Positions 16,737 through 26,854 of a stretch of 35,983 nucleotides of DNA are shown in pieces. The translations under genes and the position numbers were made by a program. Positions within the stretch are counted from its first letter, which is position 1; the number at the start of each line of letters is the position of its first letter. The stretch lies in NCBI GenBank assembly GCA_016928935.1, contig JAFGJU010000066.1, positions 1-35,983 of the forward strand. The letters are read 5' to 3'. The notes beneath the pieces are model-generated. The model worked only from the letters and a program-made list of their open reading frames with translations. It did no database searches and had not been told where the DNA came from. The DNA is from Candidatus Eiseniibacteriota bacterium (GTDB lineage Bacteria; Eisenbacteria; RBG-16-71-46; JAFGJU01).

Positions 16737-17741
16737 TCACGCCCCGCCCGCGAGGCCACCGAGTCCATCGTTTATCTTGTCGATGACCTTGAAGGCCACC
16801 TCCATGGCCTTCAGGCCGGCGACCCCGTCCACTACCGGGGTCGCGCCCGACGCCACACATTTCACGAAGTGCTCCAGCTCCAGTCGGAGCGGCTCTTCCT
16901 TCGGGGCCGCCACTATCACGCGCCTGAGTATGCCCGGCGCGATGACGGTCTCTTCCCACGTCCCTTCCCCTTCCCCTTCCCGCGCGGGGGCGGGCAGACC
17001 CTTCCTGTAGAGCTCGGCTTTCCTGGTTAGGCAGTCTATCGAGACGTAGGAATCGTGGCAGAAGAAGCGTATCTTCCGCGTCTTGTCCTTGGACACCCTG
17101 CTGGCGGTCAGGTTGGCCACGGCGCCGTTCTCGAAGGTTATCCTGGCGTTGGCGATGTCGATGTTCCGGGACAGGATCGGCACCCCCGTGCCCTCCACCG
17201 CACGGACGGGACTCTGCACGGCCGCCAGTGAGAGGTCTATGTCGTGGATCATGAGGTCCAGCACGACGTCTATGTCGGTGCTTCTGCCCACGAAGGACGA
17301 GAGACGGTGACCCTCGATGAACTTCGGGTCCTTTATGAGGGAGAGGGACGCGCGCACTATCGGGTTGAATCTCTCCACGTGCCCCGTCTGGAGCACGACC
17401 GGCCTCGCCGCGGCCGCCCGCACCAGCTCCTCGGCCTGACCGACCGTGGCAGTCAGCGGCTTCTCTATGAGGACGTGGACGCCGGACGCCACACATTGCA
17501 TGGCCACCTCGAAATGCGAGGTAGTGGGCACGGCAATGCTGACGGCCTGGACGGACGAGACCAGCTCGGCCAGGGTAGCGAACGGGCGCACGCCCAGCTC
17601 CGAGGCCACCCTGTGGAGGGTGCCCGGGTCGGTGTCGTGGAGCCCCACGAGGGTCGCCCCCGAAAGGGAAGCAACCACCCTGGCGTGCTGCTTCCCGAGG
17701 TGACCCACGCCCACGACGCCGTACTTCAGCGGCCCCGCCAT
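16737..17741 (-). CDS. Gfo/Idh/MocA-family NAD(P)-dependent oxidoreductase (GnnA-like candidate)
   Basis: ATG at 17741 after GGAGTAGGAGGGAGAAGAAA. Rossmann N-terminus KYGVVGVGHLGKQHARV, then VHVLIEKPL. Located between lpxA and lpxB. Confidence 0.85.
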   Translation of the reverse strand: MAGPLKYGVVGVGHLGKQHARVVASLSGATLVGLHDTDPGTLHRVASELGVRPFATLAELVSSVQAVSIAVPTTSHFEVAMQCVASGVHVLIEKPLTATVGQAEELVRAAAARPVVLQTGHVERFNPIVRASLSLIKDPKFIEGHRLSSFVGRSTDIDVVLDLMIHDIDLSLAAVQSPVRAVEGTGVPILSRNIDIANARITFENGAVANLTASRVSKDKTRKIRFFCHDSYVSIDCLTRKAELYRKGLPAPAREGEGEGTWEETVIAPGILRRVIVAAPKEEPLRLELEHFVKCVASGATPVVDGVAGLKAMEVAFKVIDKINDGLGGLAGGA

Positions 17742-17791
17742 TTTCTTCTCCCTCCTACTCCGCCAAATGCACAAACGCCCGTCGGCACCTC

Positions 17792-17820
17792 AATATGCCA
17801 CGGGCCCTCGACATTGACAA
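17792..17820 (-). promoter_or_regulatory. possible internal promoter upstream of the oxidoreductase-lpxB segment
   Basis: On the minus strand: TTGTCA (17815-17820), 17-nt spacer, CATATT (17792-17797). It lies in the 142-nt lpxA-to-oxidoreductase spacer and is a weaker match than the other two promoters. Confidence 0.3.
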
Positions 17821-17883
17821 CCGGGTTCAATGGGCTTTCCGTGACTCGCGTCCGGCGGCGCGCCGCGAGCCTGAGGCTCCACC

Positions 17884-18690
17884 CTAATCCTCGTCGGCCT
17901 CCTCCGCGCCCTCGACTCCCCTCTCCACACCTCTCTGCGACGCCCGCACAAAACGCACAAATTCGTTCACCTCCGGGGTGCCGGGCAGCTCATCCTGTAT
18001 CCTGGCCAACGCCTGCGACGTATTGAGCCCCGAGCGGAAGAACAGCCGGTACAGTCGCTTGAGCTCGAGCCTCGTCTCCTGGGAGAAGCCTCTTCTCATC
18101 AGACCGACGGAGTTCAGCCCGGCGATCCTCAGCGGGTTCCCCGCCGCCCTGACGAAAGGGCAGACGTCCTTGGGGACCCGGGAGCCGCCGCCTATGAACG
18201 CGTATTTTCCGATCCTGACGAATTGGTGGACCGGAGTGAGACCGCCGATGCTCGCGAAATCGTCAATCGTTACGTGGCCGGCGAGGTTGACCGCGTTGGC
18301 AAGTATCACGTTGTTGCCAATCACGCAATTGTGAGCCAGATGAACGTAGGCCATGAGAAGGTTGTTGTTTCCCACCACCGTCCTGTCGCCCTCGTCCGTG
18401 GCTCTGTTTATGGTGACGAATTCCCGTATCGTGTTGGAGTCTCCGATCTCCACCAGGCTCCGCGCGCCCTTGTACTTCAAGTCCTGCGGTACGGAGCCCA
18501 CCACGGCGTGATGGGCCAGCCTGCAGTCCTTCCCTATCATGGTGGGGCCCTCCACCACCACGCCCGACGCCAGGACCGTGCCCGCGCCTATCTCCACGTC
18601 GCCGGAAACTACGCAGTGGGGCCCCACCGTCACGTCCGCGGCAAGCCTCGCGTTGGGGTCAACCACGGCGGTGGGATGAATCTGAGGCAT
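17884..18690 (-). CDS. lpxA: acyl-ACP--UDP-N-acetylglucosamine O-acyltransferase
   Basis: 268 aa. [25 protein letters not shown] with hexapeptide repeats, plus a C-terminal helical domain. ATG preceded by GGGGAGG. Confidence 0.93.
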   Translation of the reverse strand: MPQIHPTAVVDPNARLAADVTVGPHCVVSGDVEIGAGTVLASGVVVEGPTMIGKDCRLAHHAVVGSVPQDLKYKGARSLVEIGDSNTIREFVTINRATDEGDRTVVGNNNLLMAYVHLAHNCVIGNNVILANAVNLAGHVTIDDFASIGGLTPVHQFVRIGKYAFIGGGSRVPKDVCPFVRAAGNPLRIAGLNSVGLMRRGFSQETRLELKRLYRLFFRSGLNTSQALARIQDELPGTPEVNEFVRFVRASQRGVERGVEGAEEADED

Positions 18691-18714
18691 AACCTCCCCT
18701 GCCCGGGAACCGCG

Positions 18715-20052
18715 TCACCTGTCCATTATCATGGAGAGCAGGTCCGCCTCGGCCACGAGCTCTCCGTCAACGAAGGCTTTGCCGGTCATCTTGCAGATTC
18801 TGTTCTTCAGGCGCACCAGCTCGAGCTCGAAGCGAAGCTGGTCGCCTGGCAGGACCGGTTTGCGGAACTTGGCGTTGTCGATAGCCATGAAGTACACAAG
18901 TTTGTCTTCGGGGTTGTCGACCGTGCTCAACAGCAGCACTCCCCCCGCCTGTGCCATGGCCTCTATGATGAGAACTGCCGGCATTATGGGGTGGCCCGGA
19001 AAGTGACCCTGAAAGAACGGCTCGTTGACGGTCACGTTCTTTATGCCCACCACGCGCCGCCGGTCCTCCAGCTCCAGGATCCTGTCCACGAGCAGGAACG
19101 GATAGCGGTGCGGCATTATCTTCTGAATGGCGTTTATGTCCATGTGACACTTGCCGGCCGGCCCGGCCTGCGCTCTTCGGAAACCGTCGCCTCCGGTCTC
19201 CTCACTCAGTCTCTTCACGAACTTCACGTTGCTCGCGTGCCCGGACTTGACGGCGATGAAATGCCCCAGGAGAGGGGCGCCCGTCAGGAACAGGTCGCCA
19301 AGAAAGTCCAGGATCTTGTGCCTCACGAACTCGTCCCGGAATCTGAGCTCGACGCCGCCCATTATCCCGTCTTCCTTGACCACGATGGCGTTGTCCGTGC
19401 TTCCGCCCTTTATCATCCCCTTGGCGCGGAGCTCATCCACGTCGCGGAACAGCACGAACGTGCGCGCGGGGGCGATCTCCTTCGCGAACGTTTCCTCGTT
19501 CACCTCGAACGAGGCGTACTGGGTACCGACCCACGGGTTGTCGTATTCGATGGTGAAGCTGATCCTGAGCCCGTCGTGAGGAACCGCCAGAAGCTCGGCT
19601 CCGTCGTCCTTGAGGGACACGGGCTTCGTGACCTTGAAAAACCTCTTGAGGGAGCTCTGCTTGACGAGGCCGGCCCCGCGCAACAGCTCCACGAACGGAG
19701 CCGCGCTTCCGTCTTCGGCCTCCGCCGCTTCTACGCAGTTGAGCTCGATCACTATATTGTCGATTCCGAGGCCGGCTACGGTCGCGAGTATGTGCTCGAC
19801 CGTGTGGACTTCGACACCGCCCTCACTGATGATTGTCCTCCTGCCGGCGGCCTGGTCGTACTTCGCGTTCCTGGGCAGCACCTGAACCTGGGGGTTCCCG
19901 GGAAGGTCCACGCGGACGAACCTGACGCCGTGGTCCACCGGGGCAGGCCTGAACGTCGCGACGGACCTGTGCCCGGTGTGAAGCCCGATGCCCTCGTACG
20001 ACACGGGCCTCTCAATCGTCATCTGCTGCTTCAACATCGTCCGCTCCTTCAT
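18715..20052 (-). CDS. lpxC/fabZ: bifunctional UDP-3-O-acyl-GlcNAc deacetylase / 3-hydroxyacyl-ACP dehydratase
   Basis: The N-terminal half ([21 protein letters not shown]...[17 protein letters not shown]...[15 protein letters not shown]) is LpxC. The C-terminal half ([17 protein letters not shown]...[26 protein letters not shown]) is FabZ. The start may be the ATG at 20037, which is preceded by AAGGAG. Confidence 0.93.
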   Translation of the reverse strand: MKERTMLKQQMTIERPVSYEGIGLHTGHRSVATFRPAPVDHGVRFVRVDLPGNPQVQVLPRNAKYDQAAGRRTIISEGGVEVHTVEHILATVAGLGIDNIVIELNCVEAAEAEDGSAAPFVELLRGAGLVKQSSLKRFFKVTKPVSLKDDGAELLAVPHDGLRISFTIEYDNPWVGTQYASFEVNEETFAKEIAPARTFVLFRDVDELRAKGMIKGGSTDNAIVVKEDGIMGGVELRFRDEFVRHKILDFLGDLFLTGAPLLGHFIAVKSGHASNVKFVKRLSEETGGDGFRRAQAGPAGKCHMDINAIQKIMPHRYPFLLVDRILELEDRRRVVGIKNVTVNEPFFQGHFPGHPIMPAVLIIEAMAQAGGVLLLSTVDNPEDKLVYFMAIDNAKFRKPVLPGDQLRFELELVRLKNRICKMTGKAFVDGELVAEADLLSMIMDR

Positions 20053-21085
20053 CTAGCGGCTCCTTGCCCTCCAGGACTCGCAGCCGTTTCTCGAAATCCC
20101 TGAACTGTCTAATGAGCTCCGGCAGTCTCCTCAGGCTGGCGTACAGCCGCTTGGACACCTCGTGCGGCGCGGCCGGGTAGCCGCTCACTCTGGCCCTGGC
20201 GCGCACGGATTTCGTGACCCCCGCCTGGGAGCCCACCATAGCGTAGTCGCCTATCTTTATGTGTCCGACTATGCCGGCCTGGCCGGCCAGGGTCACGCTC
20301 TTCCCGACTTCGGTGCTGCCTGAGATGCCCACCTGTGCCACGATTATGCAGTTCTCGCCCACGACCACGTTGTGGGCGATCTGCACGAGGTTGTCTATCT
20401 TGGTGCCCTTGCCTATGGACGTCGTGCCCGTGGTGGCCCTGTCTATCGTGACGTTCGCGCCTATTTCGACGTCGTCGCCTATCTCCACGTTGCCCACTTG
20501 CGGGATCTTGTGGTACACCTCGCCGTCCCTGGCGAACCCGAACCCGTCGCTGCCGATGACCGTCCCGCTGTGTACTATGACCCTGCGGCCTACCACGATG
20601 TCTTCGCGGATTGTCACGCCGGGGTACACGAACGTGCCGGTGCCCAGTTTGGAGCGGGCGCCGACGTAGCTGAGAGCCATTATCACGACGTCGTCGCCCA
20701 GCTCGACGTCCTCCTCCAGCACGACGTACGGCCCCACGGAGACGCCCTCGCCCAGCTTCACGCCCTTGCCGATGACGGCGCTCGGGTGCACGCCGGGCTC
20801 AACCTTCTGAGTGTCTCCCCGGAAAAGCCTGACCGCCTTGAGGAATGCCAGGTAGGGATTGTCGATCTGCAGCACCGGGATGGGCATCGACTTGCGGCCG
20901 TTTGCCACTATGATGGCCGACGCCCGCGTGGTGGAGACGAAGGATTCGTACTTGGGGTTCACAAGAAAGGTGATGTCGCCGCGCCCGGCTTCCTTGATGC
21001 CGGCCACCCCGGAGATTTCGACGGAGCCGTCACCCACGACGACCCCGTTCAGGATCTTTGCGAGCTCGTCCAGACGCATTTTCAT
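20012..21085 (-). CDS. lpxD: UDP-3-O-acylglucosamine N-acyltransferase
   Basis: [42 protein letters not shown], followed by a long hexapeptide-repeat region. The track ORF begins at a TTG (21121) inside skp, so the ATG at 21085 or 21079 is more likely. Confidence 0.9.
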   Translation of the reverse strand: MKMRLDELAKILNGVVVGDGSVEISGVAGIKEAGRGDITFLVNPKYESFVSTTRASAIIVANGRKSMPIPVLQIDNPYLAFLKAVRLFRGDTQKVEPGVHPSAVIGKGVKLGEGVSVGPYVVLEEDVELGDDVVIMALSYVGARSKLGTGTFVYPGVTIREDIVVGRRVIVHSGTVIGSDGFGFARDGEVYHKIPQVGNVEIGDDVEIGANVTIDRATTGTTSIGKGTKIDNLVQIAHNVVVGENCIIVAQVGISGSTEVGKSVTLAGQAGIVGHIKIGDYAMVGSQAGVTKSVRARARVSGYPAAPHEVSKRLYASLRRLPELIRQFRDFEKRLRVLEGKEPLDEGADDVEAADDD

Positions 21086-21095
21086 CCCGAAGATA

Positions 21096-21689
21096 CTATT
21101 CCATTTTGCCGAGTTCTTCAAGGACTCTGTCGGTCAGGTCCAGGTCCTTGCTGCCGAACACGACGTTGCCGTCGGCAGCGTCGAGGATGATGGAGTACTT
21201 CTCGTCCAGACCGATCTTGTCCACTATCTGTCTTATCTTGGCTATGATGGGCTTGGTCAGCGCATCGTTTCGCTGCTCCAGCTCTCCGCCGGGCCCCCAT
21301 ATGCGCTGCAGAAACGTCTCGTGGTCTCGTATCTTCGTCTGAAGCTCGGTTTCCTTTTCCTTGAGCTTGCCTTCACTCAGCATCAACCGCTGGGACTCGA
21401 CTTCGAGCCTGAGCTTGTCGACTTCGCTCTTCATCTCCGTCGCCTGCGCCTTCCAAGTCTGTATGTCCTGGTCAAATTGCTTCTGGGCCTCCTGGACCCC
21501 CTTGTACTCGTTGAAGATGCGCTCCGTGTCTATGAATCCCAGCTTCAAGTCGGCTGCGCATGCGGGGGTCGACCCCTTGCAGAACGGCCACGCCGAGAGG
21601 AGGACTAGAGCCAAAGATGCCGCCAAAAAGGCTGCCGGGAACGCGCCCCGAGATGCGCCCGAAGAAAGATGCTTCCTGGTCGGTTTCAT
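21096..21689 (-). CDS. skp: OmpH/Skp-family periplasmic chaperone
   Basis: 197 aa with a signal peptide. FIDTERIFNEYKGVQEAQKQFDQDIQTWKAQATEM in a coiled-coil context. Canonical bamA-skp-lpxD order. Confidence 0.85.
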   Translation of the reverse strand: MKPTRKHLSSGASRGAFPAAFLAASLALVLLSAWPFCKGSTPACAADLKLGFIDTERIFNEYKGVQEAQKQFDQDIQTWKAQATEMKSEVDKLRLEVESQRLMLSEGKLKEKETELQTKIRDHETFLQRIWGPGGELEQRNDALTKPIIAKIRQIVDKIGLDEKYSIILDAADGNVVFGSKDLDLTDRVLEELGKME

Positions 21690-21764
21690 GCTGGAATTAC
21701 TCCTTGCTAGTGAGAGCGGGTGCGCCCCGCACTCTCGTCTCGCGCAGCGGAACGTACTCGCCGT

Positions 21765-24245
21765 CTAGAAGAGCTTGCCCATTATGAAGTGGGGTTCCCA
21801 CTTGCCGCCGCCCTCGCGGTCAAAGCCGTATCCGAAGTCGAAGCCCACCACGCCCAGCATGGGGACCTCCAACCTCAGCCCCACGCCGGCGCCCTTCTTG
21901 AACCCGTTGAGGTCGATCTCGGTCTCGTTGTTCCAGGTGTCGCCGACGTCAAGAAAGAAGAGTCCGCGCAGCGGGTCGGCTATCGGGAACTGGAACTCCA
22001 GGGTGACAGCGCCCATCAAGCGGCCGCCCGGCCATCTCACAGTCTGGCCGTCAACTTCGTACACGTTCGCCTCCGGCACGATGTCGTAGTCCGGATAGCC
22101 GCGAAGGAAATCCACTGTGGTGCCGCCCAGACGGAATCTCTCGTACTCGGGCACCCGCTCGTAGTGGTTGTAGGCGTCCATCCAGCCCACGCGCAGCCGG
22201 GTCAACAGGGCGGCCTTCCACACGATGTTCCTGTAAACCCTGTAGTCGACCACCTGCTTGTGGAAGTTCAGGTCGCCCCCCAGCAAGCCGCCCGAGAACT
22301 CCGAGTTGACCGAAAAGCGCGAGCCCCTGGTGGGATAGAACGGGTTGTCGGTGCTGTTCCGGACTATCGCAGTCTCCACGCGGCTGGTGCGCTGAGGCCA
22401 CGAGACCTCGTCCAGAGAGCCGGTGTAGCTGGCCGAGAAGTCCTTGAGCGAAACGTCCTCCAGCGTGTAGGAGACGTAGCCTCTGGTGTAGTCCGGCCAC
22501 GGTAGAGGCCTGCCCACTCGCACCCCGCCGCCCTTGCGGAGCTCGTCGTAGTAGTCGCGCTCCCTCTCCATGTTGTAGACGTCGATGCCGAGGCTCGTCG
22601 GCGTGTCCCTGAACCACGGCTCCGTGAAACTCAGGTCGTAGTTGCTCCGCTTTGAGCCCTTCTCGAGATGAAGCATGATGCTCTGGCCGTTCCCGAACAG
22701 GTTGTTGTGCCCCAGCTCCACGAAGCCCGTGAGGCCCGAGTCGCTGGTGTAGCCGGCCCCGGCCGTGGCAGTGCCGGTCTGTTTCTCCTTCATCTGGAAG
22801 ATCAGGTCAATGTCCGGCGGCTCGTCCACCCGATAGTCTATGAGCACGTCCTCGAAGAACCCGAGCGAGAAGACGTCGCGCTGACTCCTCAGGAGGGCGG
22901 ACCTCTTGAACAATTCACCCGGCTTGATGGAGAGCTCTCGCCTGATGACCTTCTCCTTGGTCCTGTCGTTACCGGAGACGAGTATGTGCTTCACGAAGGA
23001 GGGCTGCCCCTCCTGTATCGCGTACGCGACGTCTACGACGGTGTCCCGGACCGACTCCTGCCTGTCTATGTCCAGGAAGATGTAGCCCTGCTCGGCGTAG
23101 AGCTCGTAGGCGCCGGCCTGCATCTTCTCCAGCTTTTCGATGTTGTAGACTTCACCGCTTGCCACGGCGGACAGCTTCCCGAGGGCCTCAGAGCGCACGG
23201 CAGCGCAGCCGGTCCACCGGACGTCTCCCAGCCGGTACCGCGGGCCCTCAGTCACCAGGATCTTGAGGTAAAGGTCACGCTTGTCCTCGCTGTATGTAAT
23301 CTCGTGCCCCGTCACTGCGGCGTCGCGGAAGCCGTTGCTCCTGTAGTACGTAACTATCTTCTCGAAGTCCGTCTCCAGCGTCTCCTGCTTGAATTTGCCC
23401 CCCCTCCACCACGACTTCACCTCCAGGTCCATGACCTTCTTCAGCTTGGAAGACTGGATGGACGCGTTCCCGGCGAAGTCTATGGCCTTGATGCGCACCT
23501 TCTTGCCTTCCTCTATCTCGAAGGTGAGCTCGACCTTGCCCTTCCCCTTCTCCACGGTCGTCACAGCCTTAACCGACGCCGCGGGGTAACCCTCCTCACG
23601 GTACGCCGCCACGATGGCCTGCTTCGCCTCGAAGACCGCGGACTCTGTGTAGAAGTCGTTCTCCTTGAGGGTGAGCTTCTCCTTGAGCTTGTCGTCCTCG
23701 AGGCCCTTGCTGCCGCTGAACTTCAGCGCCACGACCCTCGGCGTCTCGGTCACCACTACCTTGAGCACGATGCCATCCGGCAGCTCCTCGCCGTCCACGG
23801 TCACGTCCGAGAAGTAACCCAGGCCGTGGAGACTCTTGACTCCTTCCCTCACACTCTCGTAGGAGAAGACGTCGCCGGGAAACACGCCGAAGGCGTTCAG
23901 GACCACGCTCGAGTCCACGCTCTCAAGTCCGGACACACGGACCTCCAGCACTCGAGCCGCCTCCACGGCCCCGGCGGCCCGCGCGGTGTCCGCGGCAGCC
24001 GCCAGGCTGTCCGCGCCCGTCGAAAGGGTGAGCGGCGCCGTGCCGCCGTGCGCCGGCGACAGTGAGTCGGCCCGGCCGCCGTCCGGAATCGGCGGAGAGA
24101 CCTGCGCCTCGGCCGACGATGAGAACGGACCGGCCGTCACGCCCGAGAAGACGACCGGCCACGCGGCGACAAGAAGGAAAAAGACAACGAGGTTGAACAG
24201 AAGAGCTCTGGAATAGCAACGGTGAGTCTGCCCGCGCGAGTGCAT
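21765..24245 (-). CDS. bamA: outer membrane protein assembly factor BamA
   Basis: POTRA repeats (for example VLEVRVSGLESVDSSVVLN and ILVSGNDRTKEKVIRRELSIKPGELF) and a C-terminal Omp85 barrel ending GGGKWEPHFIMGKLF. The ATG at 24245 gives a plausible signal peptide (MHSRGQTHRCYSRALLFNLVVFFLLVAAWPVVFS). The track start at 24347 would add 34 non-signal residues. Confidence 0.9.
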   Translation of the reverse strand: MHSRGQTHRCYSRALLFNLVVFFLLVAAWPVVFSGVTAGPFSSSAEAQVSPPIPDGGRADSLSPAHGGTAPLTLSTGADSLAAAADTARAAGAVEAARVLEVRVSGLESVDSSVVLNAFGVFPGDVFSYESVREGVKSLHGLGYFSDVTVDGEELPDGIVLKVVVTETPRVVALKFSGSKGLEDDKLKEKLTLKENDFYTESAVFEAKQAIVAAYREEGYPAASVKAVTTVEKGKGKVELTFEIEEGKKVRIKAIDFAGNASIQSSKLKKVMDLEVKSWWRGGKFKQETLETDFEKIVTYYRSNGFRDAAVTGHEITYSEDKRDLYLKILVTEGPRYRLGDVRWTGCAAVRSEALGKLSAVASGEVYNIEKLEKMQAGAYELYAEQGYIFLDIDRQESVRDTVVDVAYAIQEGQPSFVKHILVSGNDRTKEKVIRRELSIKPGELFKRSALLRSQRDVFSLGFFEDVLIDYRVDEPPDIDLIFQMKEKQTGTATAGAGYTSDSGLTGFVELGHNNLFGNGQSIMLHLEKGSKRSNYDLSFTEPWFRDTPTSLGIDVYNMERERDYYDELRKGGGVRVGRPLPWPDYTRGYVSYTLEDVSLKDFSASYTGSLDEVSWPQRTSRVETAIVRNSTDNPFYPTRGSRFSVNSEFSGGLLGGDLNFHKQVVDYRVYRNIVWKAALLTRLRVGWMDAYNHYERVPEYERFRLGGTTVDFLRGYPDYDIVPEANVYEVDGQTVRWPGGRLMGAVTLEFQFPIADPLRGLFFLDVGDTWNNETEIDLNGFKKGAGVGLRLEVPMLGVVGFDFGYGFDREGGGKWEPHFIMGKLF

Positions 24246-24360
24246 CAACAAAACTCCCAGACAACAGCGGCTCCAGAGCCAAGCCGCATGGACTTCGGTC
24301 TCAGACACCGGGCCCGGGCGGGACCGGCCCGTCCCGGCGTAACTCATGACTGCAACTCTT

Positions 24361-24390
24361 TCGCGCGCTCTCCGAGCCTCGGCCGCGCGA
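24361..24390 (-). terminator. GC-rich stem-loop 3 nt downstream of the clpC stop (possible terminator/attenuator, no U-tract)
   Basis: tcgcgcgctctccgagcctcggccgcgcga has an outer 7-bp stem TCGCGCG/CGCGCGA and an inner CCGAG/CTCGG stem. It is followed by about 115 nt of spacer before the bamA start. Confidence 0.35.
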
Positions 24391-24393
24391 TCA

Positions 24394-26823
24394 CTACCCG
24401 CATTCGCGGAACGTTATCTCGTCTCCCTTGCGGCCCACTTCCACCGTGCACCCGTCTCTGACGGCCCCCCTCAGGACGAGCTCTGCGAGCGGGTCCTCGA
24501 CAAGCCTCTGGATGGTCCGTCTGAGCGGCCTGGCGCCAAGCGCGGGGTCGAACCCCTTCTCTATCAGAAAGTCAAGGGCGTCCTGGGTGAAGTTCAGGTG
24601 TATGTCTTTCCGCCTGAGCCTCGCGTCCACCTGGTTCAGCAATATCTTGACTATCTTCTGCATGTCCGCCACGTCCAGGGCCCGGAATACTATTATCTCG
24701 TCTATTCTGTTCAGGAACTCCGGGTTGAACGTGCGCTTGACTTCGTCCATCACCGTGTCCTTCATCTTGCCGTACGTCGTGCCCTCGTCCGGCTTCTGGA
24801 ACCCGAGCGACGCCCCCCTTATTTGCCTCGTGCCCAGGTTGGACGTCATGATGAGAACGGTATTCTTGAAATTGACCTTCCTGCGCATGCTGTCCGTGAG
24901 CTGCCCGTCGTCCAGCACCTGGAGAAGGATGTTGAACACGTCGGGATGGGCCTTCTCTATCTCATCCAGGAGCACGACGGAATACGGCTTCCTCCTGACC
25001 TTCTCGGTCAGCTGGCCGCCCTCCTCGTACCCGACGTAACCCGGAGGCGCGCCCACCAGCCTCGAGACGTTGAACTTCTCCATGAACTCCGACATGTCTA
25101 TTCGGATGAGCGCGTCCTCGTCCTGAAACAGGAACCTGGCCAGCACTCTGGCCAGCTCGGTCTTCCCCACTCCTGTGGGTCCCAGAAATACGAACGACCC
25201 GATGGGCCGGCGCGGGTCCCTGAGGCCGGCCCTGTTTCGGCGCACCGCCTTGGCGATGGCCTGAACTGCCGGGTCCTGGCCGACCACGTACTTCTTGAGT
25301 TCTTCCTCCATCCTGAGGAGCTTCTCTGATTCCTTTTCCTCCAGCTTCGCGACGGGCACCCCCGTCATCTTGGACACCACCTCTGCCACGTCGTCGGCGT
25401 CCACCACCGCCTGCGATTCGGACCGCGCCTCACTCCAACCCTTCTTGGTCTCGCGGATCTTGTGCCGCAGCTCACGTTCCTGGTCCCGCAGGCCCGCGGC
25501 CTTCTCGAACTCCTGGGCCAGCACCGCCTCTTCCTTCTCCTTGGCCAGCTCCTCTGCCTTCCTTTCCAGCTGTCTGAGCTCGTTCGGTGCCGTGGCCACC
25601 GAAAGCCGCGCCCGGGCGCCGGACTCGTCTATGACGTCGATGGCCTTGTCGGGAAGGTAGCGGTCCGTAATGTACCTGTCCGAAAGCTCGACCGCCGCCT
25701 CGACGGCGCCGTCGGTTATCTTCACGCCGTGATGCGCCTCGTACTTGTCGCGCAGTCCCTGGATGATCTTTACGGTCTGCTCCACCGTCGGCGGGTCCAC
25801 CGTTATCGGCTGGAATCGCCGTTCCAGGGCGCCGTCTTTCTCTATGTGCTTGCGGTATTCGTCCAGCGTGGTGGCTCCGATACACTGCATCTCGCCTCGC
25901 GCCAGGGCGGGCTTCAGCATGTTGGAGGCGTCTATGGCGCCCTCGGCGCCGCCTGCGCCGACTATGGTGTGGAGCTCATCCAGGAAGCATATTGTGTCTT
26001 TGGAGTCGCGAATCTCGTTCATCACGGCCTTGAGCCGTTCCTCGAACTGGCCGCGGTACTTGGTCCCGGCCACGACCGACGCCAAGTCTATTACGACCAG
26101 ACGCTTGTTGCGCAGCGTCTCCGGCACCTTGTTGTCGACTATCCTCTGCGCCAGACCCTCGACTATGGCCGTCTTCCCCACCCCGGGCTCACCGATCAGG
26201 ACGGGGTTGTTCTTCTTGCGGCGGCTCAGGACCTGCACCACCCTCTCGATTTCTCTTTCGCGGCCGATGACCGGGTCCAGCTTGCCCTCTTTGGCCAGGA
26301 CAGTGAGGTCCCGGCTGAATTGGTTGAGCGCCGGGGTCTCGGACTTTTCCTCTTTCTCGCCCTGCTGAGCGCCCGGGGCGGCTCCGCCCAGAAGCTTCAA
26401 CGTCTCTTCCCGCACCTTCTTCCTGTCTATTCCGAGCTCGATGAGAACGCGCGCCGCCACGCCCTCGCCTTCTCTAATCAAACCCAGCAGAAGGTGTTCG
26501 GTTCCAACGTAGTTGTGGCCGAGCTGCCTGGCTTCGTCCACCGACAACTCCAGCACCCTCTTCGCGCGCGGCGTGAACGGGATCTCCCCTATCGTGGTCG
26601 TGCCTCCGGCTGACGCCACCATGCTCTCCACTGTCTGCCTTATGGCGTCCAGGTCGAGTCCCAGGTTGCTCAACACTGTCGCGGCGATGCCCTCACCCTC
26701 TCTCAGGATGCCGAGCAGGAGGTGCTCCGTCCCGATGTAATCGTGGTGGAGCCGCGCCGCCTCTTCGCGCGCGAGGTACATCACTTTTCTCACTCGTTCG
26801 GTGAACTTGTCTCCGCCTTGCAT
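24394..26823 (-). CDS. clpC: ATP-dependent Clp protease ATP-binding subunit ClpC
   Basis: 809 aa with duplicated Clp_N repeats ([23 protein letters not shown] and [23 protein letters not shown]). Two AAA+ modules ([15 protein letters not shown] and [14 protein letters not shown]). UVR-like linker [22 protein letters not shown] preceded by GAGGTGG. Confidence 0.93.
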   Translation of the reverse strand: MQGGDKFTERVRKVMYLAREEAARLHHDYIGTEHLLLGILREGEGIAATVLSNLGLDLDAIRQTVESMVASAGGTTTIGEIPFTPRAKRVLELSVDEARQLGHNYVGTEHLLLGLIREGEGVAARVLIELGIDRKKVREETLKLLGGAAPGAQQGEKEEKSETPALNQFSRDLTVLAKEGKLDPVIGREREIERVVQVLSRRKKNNPVLIGEPGVGKTAIVEGLAQRIVDNKVPETLRNKRLVVIDLASVVAGTKYRGQFEERLKAVMNEIRDSKDTICFLDELHTIVGAGGAEGAIDASNMLKPALARGEMQCIGATTLDEYRKHIEKDGALERRFQPITVDPPTVEQTVKIIQGLRDKYEAHHGVKITDGAVEAAVELSDRYITDRYLPDKAIDVIDESGARARLSVATAPNELRQLERKAEELAKEKEEAVLAQEFEKAAGLRDQERELRHKIRETKKGWSEARSESQAVVDADDVAEVVSKMTGVPVAKLEEKESEKLLRMEEELKKYVVGQDPAVQAIAKAVRRNRAGLRDPRRPIGSFVFLGPTGVGKTELARVLARFLFQDEDALIRIDMSEFMEKFNVSRLVGAPPGYVGYEEGGQLTEKVRRKPYSVVLLDEIEKAHPDVFNILLQVLDDGQLTDSMRRKVNFKNTVLIMTSNLGTRQIRGASLGFQKPDEGTTYGKMKDTVMDEVKRTFNPEFLNRIDEIIVFRALDVADMQKIVKILLNQVDARLRRKDIHLNFTQDALDFLIEKGFDPALGARPLRRTIQRLVEDPLAELVLRGAVRDGCTVEVGRKGDEITFRECG

Positions 26824-26854
26824 CTCTATTCCACCTCGTCTAGTGTCTCGACCA

